This document shows positions 30,225-40,312 of a DNA stretch of 64,000 nucleotides, in pieces. Location of the stretch: the IMG/VR virus record IMGVR_UViG_3300002026_000001, positions 68,837-132,836 of that record; one strand, written 5' to 3'. The position numbers and the translations under genes were made by a program. Under the pieces are notes generated by a model. It had not been told where the DNA came from, ran no database searches, and worked only from the letters and a program-made list of their open reading frames with translations. The DNA comes from a virus. Positions within the stretch are counted from its first letter, which is position 1. Each line of letters starts with the position of its first letter.

Positions 30225-31088
30225 CTATGCTCCGATGATTGCTTTACGATCACGCGTTGCATCCCATTTCCGACCCATGACTTTTGAGTGCAGCCATTGA
30301 CGGCCCAACTTGAAATACGATTCTTCTCGTTCGATGCAGATACACATGCGACCAAGTTCGTAGGCAGCGGCACCCAAGGATGCGGAGCCACACGTTATGT
30401 CTAGCAGAACGTCGTTTTCGTTTGAGTAGCTCTTAATCAACCACTTCAGAATCGACGTCGGCTTTTGTGTAGGGTGTACCTGCTGGCTTGAAGAGAAGTT
30501 GCGTGGAAACTTCAAGATGCTTTTCGGGTGGCGCGTACCAGTGTTGAAAATGTCTTGCGGCTTCATGCGATAGCCGTGTGTGTTCAAAGCCTCTTTCTGA
30601 ATCTCTTTCGTCGACTTGAACATTGAGTACGGCTTTCCCGCCTCCATCTGCGGGTAGTACTTGTGAGACTTGCGCGAGAACACGAGCACGTCCTCATGTA
30701 CTTTCATCGGGCGGTAATTCGCTAGGCCGGGCGAACCGCACTTGTTCTTATCCCAAACCAAGTGGTGACGGAACCACTTGGGGTTGCTCATAACAACCGC
30801 CGACGTGAACGGCTGGCTACCAAAGATGATAACCGGTGCCGTTGGAACCGTCGCGGCCTTAACCATGTCCCAATAATCATCGAACGGAATAACTGCGTCC
30901 CATGAAATATCGGTAGTCCCGTAAGGTGGGTCGTTGATCCAGCAGCTTGCAAACTGACCAAACTTATCAGCGATGTCGTAGACAGCATCGTACACGTCAG
31001 CGTTGATGAGAATCGTGTTTCCAGCAACGTAACACTTCTTACCGAAATGCACGGTGCAAAACTTCTTTATAGCGTCAAACTTTTTCAT
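30225..31088 (-). CDS. Amino-DNA methyltransferase (N6A/N4C, beta-class)
   Basis: DPPY precedes HPTQKP and the SAM motif VLLDITCGSAS. Confidence 0.9.
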   Translation of the reverse strand: MKKFDAIKKFCTVHFGKKCYVAGNTILINADVYDAVYDIADKFGQFASCWINDPPYGTTDISWDAVIPFDDYWDMVKAATVPTAPVIIFGSQPFTSAVVMSNPKWFRHHLVWDKNKCGSPGLANYRPMKVHEDVLVFSRKSHKYYPQMEAGKPYSMFKSTKEIQKEALNTHGYRMKPQDIFNTGTRHPKSILKFPRNFSSSQQVHPTQKPTSILKWLIKSYSNENDVLLDITCGSASLGAAAYELGRMCICIEREESYFKLGRQWLHSKVMGRKWDATRDRKAIIGA

Positions 31089-31127
31089 CGTCGGTTCCCA
31101 CTTGAGTAGATGTATCCTATTTACAGT

Positions 31128-31646
31128 TTATTCCCACTCTGCGTTTGGAACCACTAGGCTGCCAAAATGCTTGCCGACCTTGGCAGCCTGACGCTTGTTT
31201 AGCTTGAGGCCGATTGTCGCGCACAAGGTATCAAATTCGCGCCGGGCTTCATACCTGTTAGATTCCGCAATGCGGCGTTTGACTTCTTCCGAGTGAAATG
31301 CCAAAGTATCAGTACCAAAACAACCGAGGTTGCATAGAGCCTCTGCAAACTCGACAGAGGTTTCATCAGACGCCATATACGAACGTTGCCCGGCCTGAAC
31401 GCGTCCACTGTACAGAGTGTCGGAAACCGTCTCCGTTTTATCGTTCACTTCGACAACGCGTAAGAACGTTGCGCCATGCGCTGACCTCCAAACATTCACA
31501 CGGCGCGACGTATCTGATTTGAAACTGAGGTTGGCCGGCATGTATAAAAAGGTGAAGGTCTTCGCGCTGGTAGGAGTATCTTCACCCTCTTTGACAAGGA
31601 TGTTGACGAGGATGCGAGATTTCGGAAGTGCTTTTGTGGTTTTCAT
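31128..31646 (-). CDS. Hypothetical protein
   Basis: 172-aa ORF. Confidence 0.55.
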   Translation of the reverse strand: MKTTKALPKSRILVNILVKEGEDTPTSAKTFTFLYMPANLSFKSDTSRRVNVWRSAHGATFLRVVEVNDKTETVSDTLYSGRVQAGQRSYMASDETSVEFAEALCNLGCFGTDTLAFHSEEVKRRIAESNRYEARREFDTLCATIGLKLNKRQAAKVGKHFGSLVVPNAEWE

Positions 31647-31668
31647 TATGTCATGTCCTGTTTAGTTT

Positions 31669-31938
31669 TTACATGCCGTGGCAGTAGAGGAAGCTGTTTA
31701 TCAATTGCTTGTCTATCTCGCCACGACTTTCCAAGCCCAAAGTCGTGGATCGGCCACTACAACCGTAGGTTGCCATTTCCAGCGAACCGGCACTTATCGG
31801 CTTGGCCCCTTTCAGACCTTCAACGTTGGCAGTGACGGAAGCCGCAACATCTGCGTGAACGAGGAAGTCCGGGTAGATGATAGGCACTTCCCGTGGGATG
31901 CTGCCACCTACTTCAAACACTATGTAATTGAAACCCAT
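31669..31938 (-). CDS. Hypothetical protein
   Basis: 89-aa ORF with an SD. Confidence 0.55.
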   Translation of the reverse strand: MGFNYIVFEVGGSIPREVPIIYPDFLVHADVAASVTANVEGLKGAKPISAGSLEMATYGCSGRSTTLGLESRGEIDKQLINSFLYCHGM

Positions 31939-32367
31939 TTTGATACTCCGGTTTAGTCAAGCCCCATGTATTTTGCCATGATGCGAAACGGCCAAACATA
32001 GTGTCAAAGGAAATGCTCGAACGGGAACCCCATAGTCATTCCCAACCAAAAACTAATACTGAGCAGAGTGTTTTTGCTACTATGGTAACACTTAACTAGA
32101 AGTCCACTCTCTGTCGAATGCAGGTGAAATGCTGGCTGTCGAAGTTTTACTGACCCGATCTTAGACAGCCTTTCCAGAGCTTGATCCCTATTTGGAATTT
32201 TCATGTTGTTTCCTGTTTAGATGTTCTTCCAGTTGCCTGTTTAAAGCTATGTACGCGCGGGGCCACCAAATATCAAAACACTTTTTGCAAATAATGTTTT
32301 CTGCTGCAATGTCTTGACTCGACAGTGGTGCACTGCAAGTCGCACAGTTTCTTTGGAGCATTTCTGA

Positions 32368-33111
32368 TCACCTGAGAAGCTTTGGCTGGAGATACGGATT
32401 GCATTTCACAAGTCGATTTTTCAACTCAACATCCCGCGTTACACCATAGAAGTTTGCCTTGCGCAGAATCATTTCCTCGTCGCCGGTCTTGATGAACATT
32501 GCAAGGGCCAGCATTTGATCCAGCACCGGAGTGTCTTGCAGGTAGACGCATAGGCTGGCAACAAGCACGTCAGACTTCGTGTACAACTCCGTCTTGAACG
32601 GACTTGAGCGCCCCGGATACTGAGTCCTGTTTATCAACGAGCCACTCTTGGTCAGCACAAACTTGAAGTCCGATTCAGCATGCGACACTTCAATAGAGTC
32701 ACCCTTCAAGAATATCCGCGCGTCTTCTTCAAACCCGAAGTTTGAAATTAGCTTTAAGGCGCGTTTTATACTGTTGCGCACTGTCTTTGCCGGTGGCCGC
32801 GCTTTGTACATCACTGACGGGACGTGATTTGACCCTCCAACGTTTGTGTGAAATGCGGTCCACGTCCCAGTCCTATTGAAATACGTTGTGGCGGTTGTGC
32901 TGGTCCCAACTTGGTAAGGCAGAACGAGATTGGTCGTTGCCGTGGTCTGCACTCGATACCAATGGAAAGGTCTCGCGGCGTTTGTCGTTGTCGACGTGAT
33001 TATAGTTGTTGCTGTTGAGGCGGTCTGCGAGAAAGGCAGATACATCCCCAAATCCGTCACCACGTAAGAGCTTTCCAACGAGTTCTGCACAGTTGCAAGT
33101 ACAGTTGGCAT
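32368..33111 (-). CDS. Hypothetical protein
   Basis: 247-aa ORF with a Thr-rich N-terminus. Confidence 0.6.
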   Translation of the reverse strand: MPTVLATVQNSLESSYVVTDLGMYLPFSQTASTATTIITSTTTNAARPFHWYRVQTTATTNLVLPYQVGTSTTATTYFNRTGTWTAFHTNVGGSNHVPSVMYKARPPAKTVRNSIKRALKLISNFGFEEDARIFLKGDSIEVSHAESDFKFVLTKSGSLINRTQYPGRSSPFKTELYTKSDVLVASLCVYLQDTPVLDQMLALAMFIKTGDEEMILRKANFYGVTRDVELKNRLVKCNPYLQPKLLR

Positions 33112-33112
33112 T

Positions 33113-33514
33113 TCATCCTCCGGCGATTGGCCGGACTGCTAGGCTTTGCTTTCCAACCGCATCTTCAGGTTTACGAATTCGCTCCATAGCACCCATGTCA
33201 GACTGGCCCCGGCGCTTGCCTATTGACGCTTGTTTGGCACGAACCAAACTTGCAACGTCACGGTCATTCATTTCTTCAACCATCTTCTCAAACTGTTCAT
33301 CCGAGATAATCAGTTCTTCAATCGTCTCAACCGTCTTCTCAGTGACTTTGACCCGGCGCTTAAACCGGTCGATCAGCACACGTTTGGTAGTGAAAAACGT
33401 GTACCCCTCTTTCATCTTCTGACGAACTAGCTCAATGAGCTTTTCTTTGTTTTGATCGTCCCACACGATTGTTATGTCCCCGGAGAGATTCAAAAACGTA
33501 ATTGCGGTTTCCAT
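33113..33514 (-). CDS. Hypothetical protein
   Basis: 133-aa ORF coupled to the next gene. Confidence 0.6.
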   Translation of the reverse strand: METAITFLNLSGDITIVWDDQNKEKLIELVRQKMKEGYTFFTTKRVLIDRFKRRVKVTEKTVETIEELIISDEQFEKMVEEMNDRDVASLVRAKQASIGKRRGQSDMGAMERIRKPEDAVGKQSLAVRPIAGG

Positions 33515-33529
33515 AGTGGTAGTCCTTGG

Positions 33530-33832
33530 TTATGATTTCGCGTCAAGCAAAATGAAATGCGGTTGATCGTCGATCCAAATATCAGGTCTGATCCCGTAGG
33601 ATTCAAGGAACGGAAGCTTTGCTTTTCGTTCAGTCGGGACAATGCGATGCACCAAGTCGGTCAGCCTATCGTCCATTTCTTGTACCTCTTCAAACGTACG
33701 CATTGTGGCGACCAAGACTTCATGACCTCTTTCCTGTGCCATCTTGACAACGGCCAACCAGAAGTCAGGGTCTTTTGTGTAGCAATTATCATAATCTAAG
33801 GCTATGAGCATCGAAGGCACCTTTGAAATCAC
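33530..33832 (-). CDS. Small HAD-superfamily phosphatase
   Basis: LIALDYDNCYT (DxD), VATMR, K, IWIDDQP. Confidence 0.75.
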   Translation of the reverse strand: MISKVPSMLIALDYDNCYTKDPDFWLAVVKMAQERGHEVLVATMRTFEEVQEMDDRLTDLVHRIVPTERKAKLPFLESYGIRPDIWIDDQPHFILLDAKS

Positions 33833-34790
33833 GTTTACGTACTGGGTTGGTTACATACTGCATCGCACACCCAATCTTAACAACGGCCACTACAAAGTCA
33901 TAGCCGTGAGAAGTGCAAAACTTTGTAGCGGCTTTGAATTTTTCTAGACCGCCGTCAGAAAGAGCGAGCCGGATCGTGTAGTCACTCTTGACCTCAACCA
34001 ATTGCCTTGTCCTGTCAATAAAGCGAACACCCAAGTCTGGATAGTACATGTGTTCAAGACCGTCACGACCTATATAAGGTATGGTGGGAATCTGGTCCCC
34101 AAAAAACAATTTGGAAACTTTAGGGTCCGAATCAAAAGCAGAGATAACGATTGGCTCATACCCCTGACATTCAATGACGTTTCCGTTCTTCAGTCTAACT
34201 TCTTTCTTCAAGTACACGTCCCACGTGGCGTATAAGTCCGGGTTTTGAATTGGCCACCGGGTCCCGTATTTAGACATTGACGTCTCCACGCACTTGGCAA
34301 GCCATTCAGATTTACTAAGCTTGTGGTGTTTTTTGAACTCGTCCGATTTGAAAAAGTTGTCTGCCCCAAATTCGCGCAAACAGGTTTTTCTTTTTCTCTC
34401 CTTAACTTCAACGCTCTGAGAAATGTTTGCGACGCCGTACTTCTTAATGCTCGCTTCAGACCTTCTAGCGTTTGTCAATTCGGCCTTGTTGGAGCATTGA
34501 CGAGAGCAAAACCTTTGATAGCCAAACTTCAAGCTACCGGTTGGGGTTATTTTTGTTGGCGTCTTGCATTCTTCACACCGTGGGTCGTAGTCTGGAAATA
34601 AGAATTGGACGGCGCGCTCTTTTGAGATTTGTCCAGACAACGCCTCAGACAACGCCGCGAAATCGTCCGGGTAGTTCGCGCGCAACCAAGGTCTGAAAAG
34701 TTGAACGTTGTTGACCTTCTCAAACTCACGCACAACCTTTCTACTATTATTGCTTCTTTCACGCCACTTGCGACCGAGTTTCTTAATCAT
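33789..34790 (-). CDS. Putative homing endonuclease (PD-(D/E)XK C-terminus, KYG-N repeats)
   Basis: CEEC/CSRQC zinc motif, KKYGVANISQS-type repeats, QGYEP, YYPD...VEVKS. Confidence 0.7.
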   Translation of the reverse strand: MIKKLGRKWRERSNNSRKVVREFEKVNNVQLFRPWLRANYPDDFAALSEALSGQISKERAVQFLFPDYDPRCEECKTPTKITPTGSLKFGYQRFCSRQCSNKAELTNARRSEASIKKYGVANISQSVEVKERKRKTCLREFGADNFFKSDEFKKHHKLSKSEWLAKCVETSMSKYGTRWPIQNPDLYATWDVYLKKEVRLKNGNVIECQGYEPIVISAFDSDPKVSKLFFGDQIPTIPYIGRDGLEHMYYPDLGVRFIDRTRQLVEVKSDYTIRLALSDGGLEKFKAATKFCTSHGYDFVVAVVKIGCAMQYVTNPVRKRDFKGAFDAHSLRL

Positions 34791-34850
34791 GGGTTGCTCT
34801 CGATTATGACCAAGCCCTTAAATTAGTGTTATCGTAATCCAAAGCCAGAA

Positions 34851-35309
34851 TCATGGCAGCTTCCCTTTGCTCTTCTTTGGAACATCAAACGTGTACAACA
34901 CTGACACGGGACGGCGACCTTGCTTTTCCATGATGGACATCATGGTGTGGTTGTTTGGGGAAGTGCCACCGTCAACGTAAAGCCGACCCAACTTACGTGC
35001 TCTTTTTACAGTCTTCTTCCAGAGACGGGTGTAGATACACTTCTGGCGGTACGCTTGATCGACATACCCGTGGACGATACACAGGGCGTTTTTCCAAGGT
35101 TCGTCTTCAAGTAAGACCATCCCGATAATCTTGTCGTCCTCGTTGACTGCTACGAAAGCAGACTGGTTGCAATTAAACGATACGCAGTTGTGGTTTGGAT
35201 ACCCAACGCTGTGAAACTTGTTCATAGCCTTGAAGTAGTATGGAACAACCGGCGTGTTGTTGCAGGTCTCGTAGAATTTAATCTGTATCCCGTGTTTGAT
35301 CTTGCTCAT
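34851..35309 (-). CDS. GNAT-family acetyltransferase
   Basis: GYVDQAYRQKCIYTRL (motif A) and NHTMMSIMEKQG (motif B). Confidence 0.7.
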   Translation of the reverse strand: MSKIKHGIQIKFYETCNNTPVVPYYFKAMNKFHSVGYPNHNCVSFNCNQSAFVAVNEDDKIIGMVLLEDEPWKNALCIVHGYVDQAYRQKCIYTRLWKKTVKRARKLGRLYVDGGTSPNNHTMMSIMEKQGRRPVSVLYTFDVPKKSKGKLP

Positions 35310-35542
35310 GTTCTGTTCCTCCGTTTTGAGACCTTTGCAGCTTTTCGTTTTGCACGCGATACGTGCTTCTTCGCGTGCTTCCTGTTATTTCCAAAGCGTT
35401 CGCGCCTTGCGTCTGAATCATAACTGTTATCTTGTGTGTCCTCGACCTGCGCGGCGGTGAGAAGTTCTTCTTCAAATGCACGTGGAAGCACTTCACCAAC
35501 GCTTCCAGAGCCGACAACCAACGTGTGTTTGCTAGGTTCCAT
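35306..35542 (-). CDS. Small basic hypothetical protein
   Basis: 78 aa with a K/R-rich C-terminus. Confidence 0.5.
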   Translation of the reverse strand: MEPSKHTLVVGSGSVGEVLPRAFEEELLTAAQVEDTQDNSYDSDARRERFGNNRKHAKKHVSRAKRKAAKVSKRRNRT

Positions 35543-35850
35543 TAACGAACTCTCCTGACTTCGTATTCTTCAACAATCGGTGTACCACGCGCTAGTGACG
35601 ATGGTCTGCTATCCGAGAGGCGATCTGGAGAAAAATGAAACCATGTTTCAGAGAAAACTACGTCCATATACCACTGCTCCCACCGACCGCCATACCATTT
35701 ACGATACCACCGGAAGTTGTGAAACGTTGTTTCCCAAAAATGTGATGCAAGCCACGAAGGAATAGGGTGACCTGCTTTGAACAGGTACACGTAATACCCC
35801 AACTGGTAAAAGAGGCAGAAGAGAATAAGTATGGCAATGGTCAATTCCAT
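35542..35850 (-). CDS. Small membrane-anchored Trp-rich protein
   Basis: MELTIAILILFCLFYQLGYY TM segment; WYGGRWEQW. Confidence 0.5.
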   Translation of the reverse strand: MELTIAILILFCLFYQLGYYVYLFKAGHPIPSWLASHFWETTFHNFRWYRKWYGGRWEQWYMDVVFSETWFHFSPDRLSDSRPSSLARGTPIVEEYEVRRVR

Positions 35851-35900
35851 AATGATCACCCATGTGAAAATGGGTGGGTACCGAAATACCCACCTGTTGA

Positions 35901-36932
35901 TTACGCGATACGAACAAACGTTGTCAGAAACGCAACTCCAAGCAGCAGAGCACCCCAACTACCTAGTGCTGACAGATATGTCTTGACTGACGTCCCGAAG
36001 TACCGGTTGCCAATCGTCACGCACTTGTGAGTCGGACTAACAAGGTATGCCGCAAAGTCAATGGCAAAGAACCAGACAAAGTATTCGACTCCAAATACTT
36101 GACTGAGCATGACGGCGATTGCTGCAAACTTGCCGCTGCTACCCATTGCAAACGAGGCCAAAAAACTAACGATGCTTGCGTAGGCAATCACTTGAAAGGT
36201 TGATCCACCAAGTGAAGCGGCTTTGACGAAGGCTTCGATTTCCGTGCCGTGGGCCTTTACGAAGTTGCCAAACATAATCACGACGGCCACCATGATGATG
36301 ACGTTGAGGTTTACGTATGACCAAAGCTTCTTCGGTGACCACTGCTGCGTGATGAAGATGTAGTACAGTGCAAGACTGCCAAAGCACCACACGTGATCGA
36401 CACCGTAAATGTAAGCTCCAATTGCTGTAGCCATTGGGACCACACTACGTGTCACGCTCGACAGATTAAACTTGCTAGGCTTGATTTCAACATCGCCGTC
36501 GTCAACCTTGGTCCAAATGTAGACAAAGATAAATGCAATGCTGACGATCAGCAACGGGTAGATCATGCCAAGCCACTGCCAGTACGACAACCCGAAAGCA
36601 GCAATCGGTAGGATCACCGTCTTCTCTAATGGAGACCACAAGTAGTAATGGTGTGTCGCCAAATAATCGACGATGCCAAACTTCTCACGGCTCTTTCCGG
36701 TTGGTGGGGCAACGGTGTCCAGCAGACCGGCTGAAACAGTTACGCGCCCTTCAATCGGCAAGACTCCACCGATAGCACTGAGCAGAACAACTACAAATTT
36801 GTTACTGCGGAACGTATTCTTCACATAGGCGTATGCGGGGGCGAAGAGTGAATACTCTTTTGCTAGTCCAGCAACGATCATAATGAAAAGGATCATCCAC
36901 ACGTAAGACAGGTCTTTGATTAAGTACATCAT
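35901..36932 (-). CDS. Polytopic membrane protein, putative permease (ion-transporter-superfamily-like)
   Basis: About 9-10 hydrophobic segments; GGVLPIEGRVTVSAG and HHYYLWSPLEK loops. The family assignment is from recall only. Confidence 0.6.
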   Translation of the reverse strand: MMYLIKDLSYVWMILFIMIVAGLAKEYSLFAPAYAYVKNTFRSNKFVVVLLSAIGGVLPIEGRVTVSAGLLDTVAPPTGKSREKFGIVDYLATHHYYLWSPLEKTVILPIAAFGLSYWQWLGMIYPLLIVSIAFIFVYIWTKVDDGDVEIKPSKFNLSSVTRSVVPMATAIGAYIYGVDHVWCFGSLALYYIFITQQWSPKKLWSYVNLNVIIMVAVVIMFGNFVKAHGTEIEAFVKAASLGGSTFQVIAYASIVSFLASFAMGSSGKFAAIAVMLSQVFGVEYFVWFFAIDFAAYLVSPTHKCVTIGNRYFGTSVKTYLSALGSWGALLLGVAFLTTFVRIA

Positions 36933-37970
36933 GTTTCCTTGAAATGAAAAATGGGTTTATGTAGTCATGGTGTTTTCCCTTTATGGTTCCTTTGTAGAGT
37001 TGAAGAAACTTGTGCTTCGAGTTCCGCGATCCGGGCTTTCAGGAATGCAACGTACTCTGCGGAGTATACTTTTTCGTAAGACAAGCAATCTGCTTTTGGC
37101 TTTCGGAGTTGAAACTCCGTCTCGGACATTGCCCGGCTGACCAGATAGCCAACAACTTTGTGTTTCGGCTTTTTAAGGTCTGCCACAGCTATCTCCGGTT
37201 TCGACGCTGCGAGGTCTTCCGCATACTGCGTCTGTTTTTATTGACGCGAACCTTCTCGGCCTTCTGCCTTTTGAAGATGAGTCAAGAGCGGTTTTATACT
37301 CAGCCAACAGTATGTTGATAGGGTTGTCGGTGTTGAACGGAGGGTTGCGCAAAGCCCGAATCTCGTTGAGATAGTGCGCGGGACCGGTGATTGCCACCAA
37401 CACTTCGTGCAAAGGTTTCGCAGAAACCGTTATCTTATCCACGTAAACTCCTTCCATTATGTTATTTACCGAAGAGTCGATCATGCAACCGTATCGACAC
37501 AAACATCCCAAGAGCAGCGCCGGTCCCGCAGTACGGAATCAGCGACCACCCGTCTTTCACTATCAGTCCAACCAACAACACGTCAGTCGCGGCCATCATG
37601 TATGAAGTCACAACAATCAACTTCATCTTGTTGGCAATAACGTTTTTGTGTTGGAAACCTTTTAGGAAGACTGACACAAACGAGGCAAAGGCCGCTAGTA
37701 GGTATGCTTGCATGGTCAGACGACCACACGGCAACTTCGATCTGCAACGTGCCTTACCGTAGTTTCCATGACTTCGCAAACATCACCGGCCTCAAGAGCA
37801 TCCTTAAACAGCACTCTCTTTGCGGTAGACCCGGCCCCGTATTTTCCTTGAGCAAAGGCGTTTGCAACGTCTTTGTTCTTTGCGACGATGACTCCAACAA
37901 CACTTGATTCACCACTGACGTAAATTCTAAACAAACCCATGTGGACCTCCGTAGTTGTCTGTCTTTCCTT

Positions 37971-38345
37971 TTACAGTATGGAAGATGCGGCGATTTCCAT
38001 AATCGCGCTCAGGCCAATGCGCTGCTGAATGCTGCGAGTCCGGTCTAGGCTGGTGGTGCCGCGAGTACGTTCATGGTTGGTGGTGCGGTCGACGCTGCGG
38101 AGAAAATCACGTTTGCGACGTTCCGACATGTTCTCAACCTCTTCCATACTTATAGGTTCGTTGCCGTCTTTCTTCGCAACCTCAACGGCCTTTGCGTGGA
38201 CCAACTCATTCAACCTCTTGTCGAGACGTTCCCGTTCGAGGCGTGCCAGTTCCGCTTGCCGCGCCATTTCTTCACCGCGTTTCAGCAGCGCCATTGAAAC
38301 TCGTTCTTCTCTTGTGCCACGTGCTCTTGCCTGACCCATATTCAT
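37971..38345 (-). CDS. Hypothetical protein
   Basis: 124 aa, MGQARARG start. Confidence 0.5.
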   Translation of the reverse strand: MNMGQARARGTREERVSMALLKRGEEMARQAELARLERERLDKRLNELVHAKAVEVAKKDGNEPISMEEVENMSERRKRDFLRSVDRTTNHERTRGTTSLDRTRSIQQRIGLSAIMEIAASSIL

Positions 38346-38389
38346 TCTCCAAACGAAGAAAGGGAAACCCTAGAGTCTCCCTTTCCGCG

Positions 38390-38686
38390 TTAGTCCCAGT
38401 AGGGATACGGTTGCTTTGCGAGGATCATCACTTCATGCTCACCGTTCTTAACGAAGCGTTGAAGTTCTGCCCTGCACTGTTGACGATAAATAACTTGCTG
38501 GCTTTTGCGGAAGGACTTCGCCGGAACTGCACCCCAACACTTACTCTTGTCCTCATGCCACCAACGAAGCTTTGCTGCACGTTGATCACCTTCGAGTTGC
38601 ACATAACCTGCTGGTCCGTCAATCCAGATGGTTTCCCGTGTAACCCAAACCGGCGTGTAATGCTTTCTGCGAATTGTCTTTGCCAC
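38390..38686 (-). CDS. Hypothetical protein
   Basis: 98 aa. Confidence 0.5.
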   Translation of the reverse strand: MAKTIRRKHYTPVWVTRETIWIDGPAGYVQLEGDQRAAKLRWWHEDKSKCWGAVPAKSFRKSQQVIYRQQCRAELQRFVKNGEHEVMILAKQPYPYWD

Positions 38687-39248
38687 TTGCGTCTCCGTTA
38701 CGAGTTGATCGTAATCGGGAACAAGTAACGTGTGGCATTTTCATTGTGTGTCCTTTCATTTCAAACCGTCTTTGGAGGCAAGCTGGTGTCGAAGCCAGCA
38801 ACATCAAACGTTTTGGTATCCGGCGAACACGCGGCAGATAGGAACTGACGTGAGTAAGCCGACGAGAGAGCGTAGCTAGATGTTGGAGGCGGCAACATCG
38901 TTCTACGGGTTCATCGCGTTCGTTGTGTAGTCTGTGCCAGTTACTCTACCATCGGTGAATCATCAACGCGACGCCCATGAAACGTCCAATGTTTTTCGCT
39001 CCACATTGCCTTCAAAGAAGGTTTGCCGACGCAGATTTATTACGTCGGGTACTACGGTCTAGGGTTGCACTGATAATCCAGCTTGGCTCTAACGTTTGCC
39101 GCACGCCGTGGAAGTATAGAGTTTCCGCCATTAGTGAGTCATGGCAACTCCCGGTTCCAACGCGTCAGAAAAACCCGTCACACAAATCGAACGCGCCTCA
39201 ACTTGTGTCTATCCAAACTGCTTCTATGGAACGGGAAATCGTTGAGAA

Positions 39249-39575
39249 CTACTCTGCAAGCATATTCTCGTAATCCATAATAATCTTGTCAATCAGCGTG
39301 ATGCCGAACTTTGCAAGGTGATCACGGTGAGTACGTAGTTGCGCCAGCTTCAAAGACACGTCTTGTACTCCAGTGGCAAAGCTTGTAAGTCTATAAGTCC
39401 CGTAAGAACATCCCGCGACCTTTGAATACGCGACCTCGCCAGTGCGGTGGACCATTGCAGAAAGAGAAGTTGAAACCGTTTTTGAATCAAGCTTGGTCCG
39501 GGCCACGACTTGAGCAATGGTCATTCCAACTTCCAGATTTAAAACGTCTCGTATCTGCTGTCGCGCTGTTTTCAT
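39249..39575 (-). CDS. Small HTH-like protein
   Basis: MTIAQVVARTKLDSKTVSTSLSAM resembles a wHTH. Confidence 0.5.
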   Translation of the reverse strand: MKTARQQIRDVLNLEVGMTIAQVVARTKLDSKTVSTSLSAMVHRTGEVAYSKVAGCSYGTYRLTSFATGVQDVSLKLAQLRTHRDHLAKFGITLIDKIIMDYENMLAE

Positions 39576-39767
39576 TTTTTCGTCTTCGGAGGCTTAGGTT
39601 CATAAACATCTGTCTTGTGAAATGACGTAAACCCAAAAGTTCTGTGCTTTGATCCGACTGGACAGTGGTAGGTCTTGGCAAGGTGGTCGTATTTGAAGCG
39701 CCCACAGTTTACGCATTTGATCGGCTTCGGCGGATTTAGGTTTACGCCAAGGTCCGCCGTTTTCCGT

Positions 39768-40022
39768 TTAGGCATTTTGTTTTTCCGCGTCAATTTTCTG
39801 TTGTGTAAATGCGACAAGCTGATCGACAGTCATGCCCAACATCCTATCGTATTCGTCGTCTTGAATAGCAATTCCAAACGCGTTCTCAAGCGTGATTAGA
39901 ATGTCTGCGGCGTTGGCACCGTCAAGGCCCATCTTTTCCAACCGAATATCGGATTCGATTGTGAAGACCTCGACCTCAGCGGTTGCTGCAATTGCTTTAA
40001 GCACTCGGTACCTGACGTCCAT
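39768..40022 (-). CDS. Acyl carrier protein-like protein lacking the phosphopantetheinylated serine
   Basis: ACP pattern RVLKAIA...EV..I..D..L..MGLDGANAADI..LENAFGIAI.DDE...TV.QLV, but GxDSL reads GLDGA (GAC GGT GCC). Confidence 0.7.
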   Translation of the reverse strand: MDVRYRVLKAIAATAEVEVFTIESDIRLEKMGLDGANAADILITLENAFGIAIQDDEYDRMLGMTVDQLVAFTQQKIDAEKQNA

Positions 40023-40256
40023 AGGAAGCTCTCTGAGTTGAGCCGAGCATCGCAGAGTAGTCACGTCTTTTGTTTGGTTGAGTTAGCACGCGTAGTGCGA
40101 CGCCTATTGGTATGTTGTGCCACCGGCAAAGCTGCGCGGCGTTGAAATGAAATCCAATGTTTTGAATGCGGATCGCGCGTTCCACTACGCTTGCGGTGTG
40201 GTGGTATGTGCGTTGACTCTGCTTTGGTTTATTCACGTTGTTTCACATAAAGGTTG

Positions 40257-40303
40257 GTTGTGGAGGTTGGCTGGATCGAACCGCCCAACTGAGCTAAACC
40301 CCC
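40257..40303 (-). pseudogene. tRNA-Ala remnant lacking the anticodon arm
   Basis: GGGGGTT TAGCTCAGTTG GGCGG TTCGATC CAGCC AACCTCC A: acceptor stem with G3-U70 and a T-arm, ~29 nt central deletion, no CCA. Confidence 0.7.
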
Positions 40304-40312
40304 CGAAAGGTG

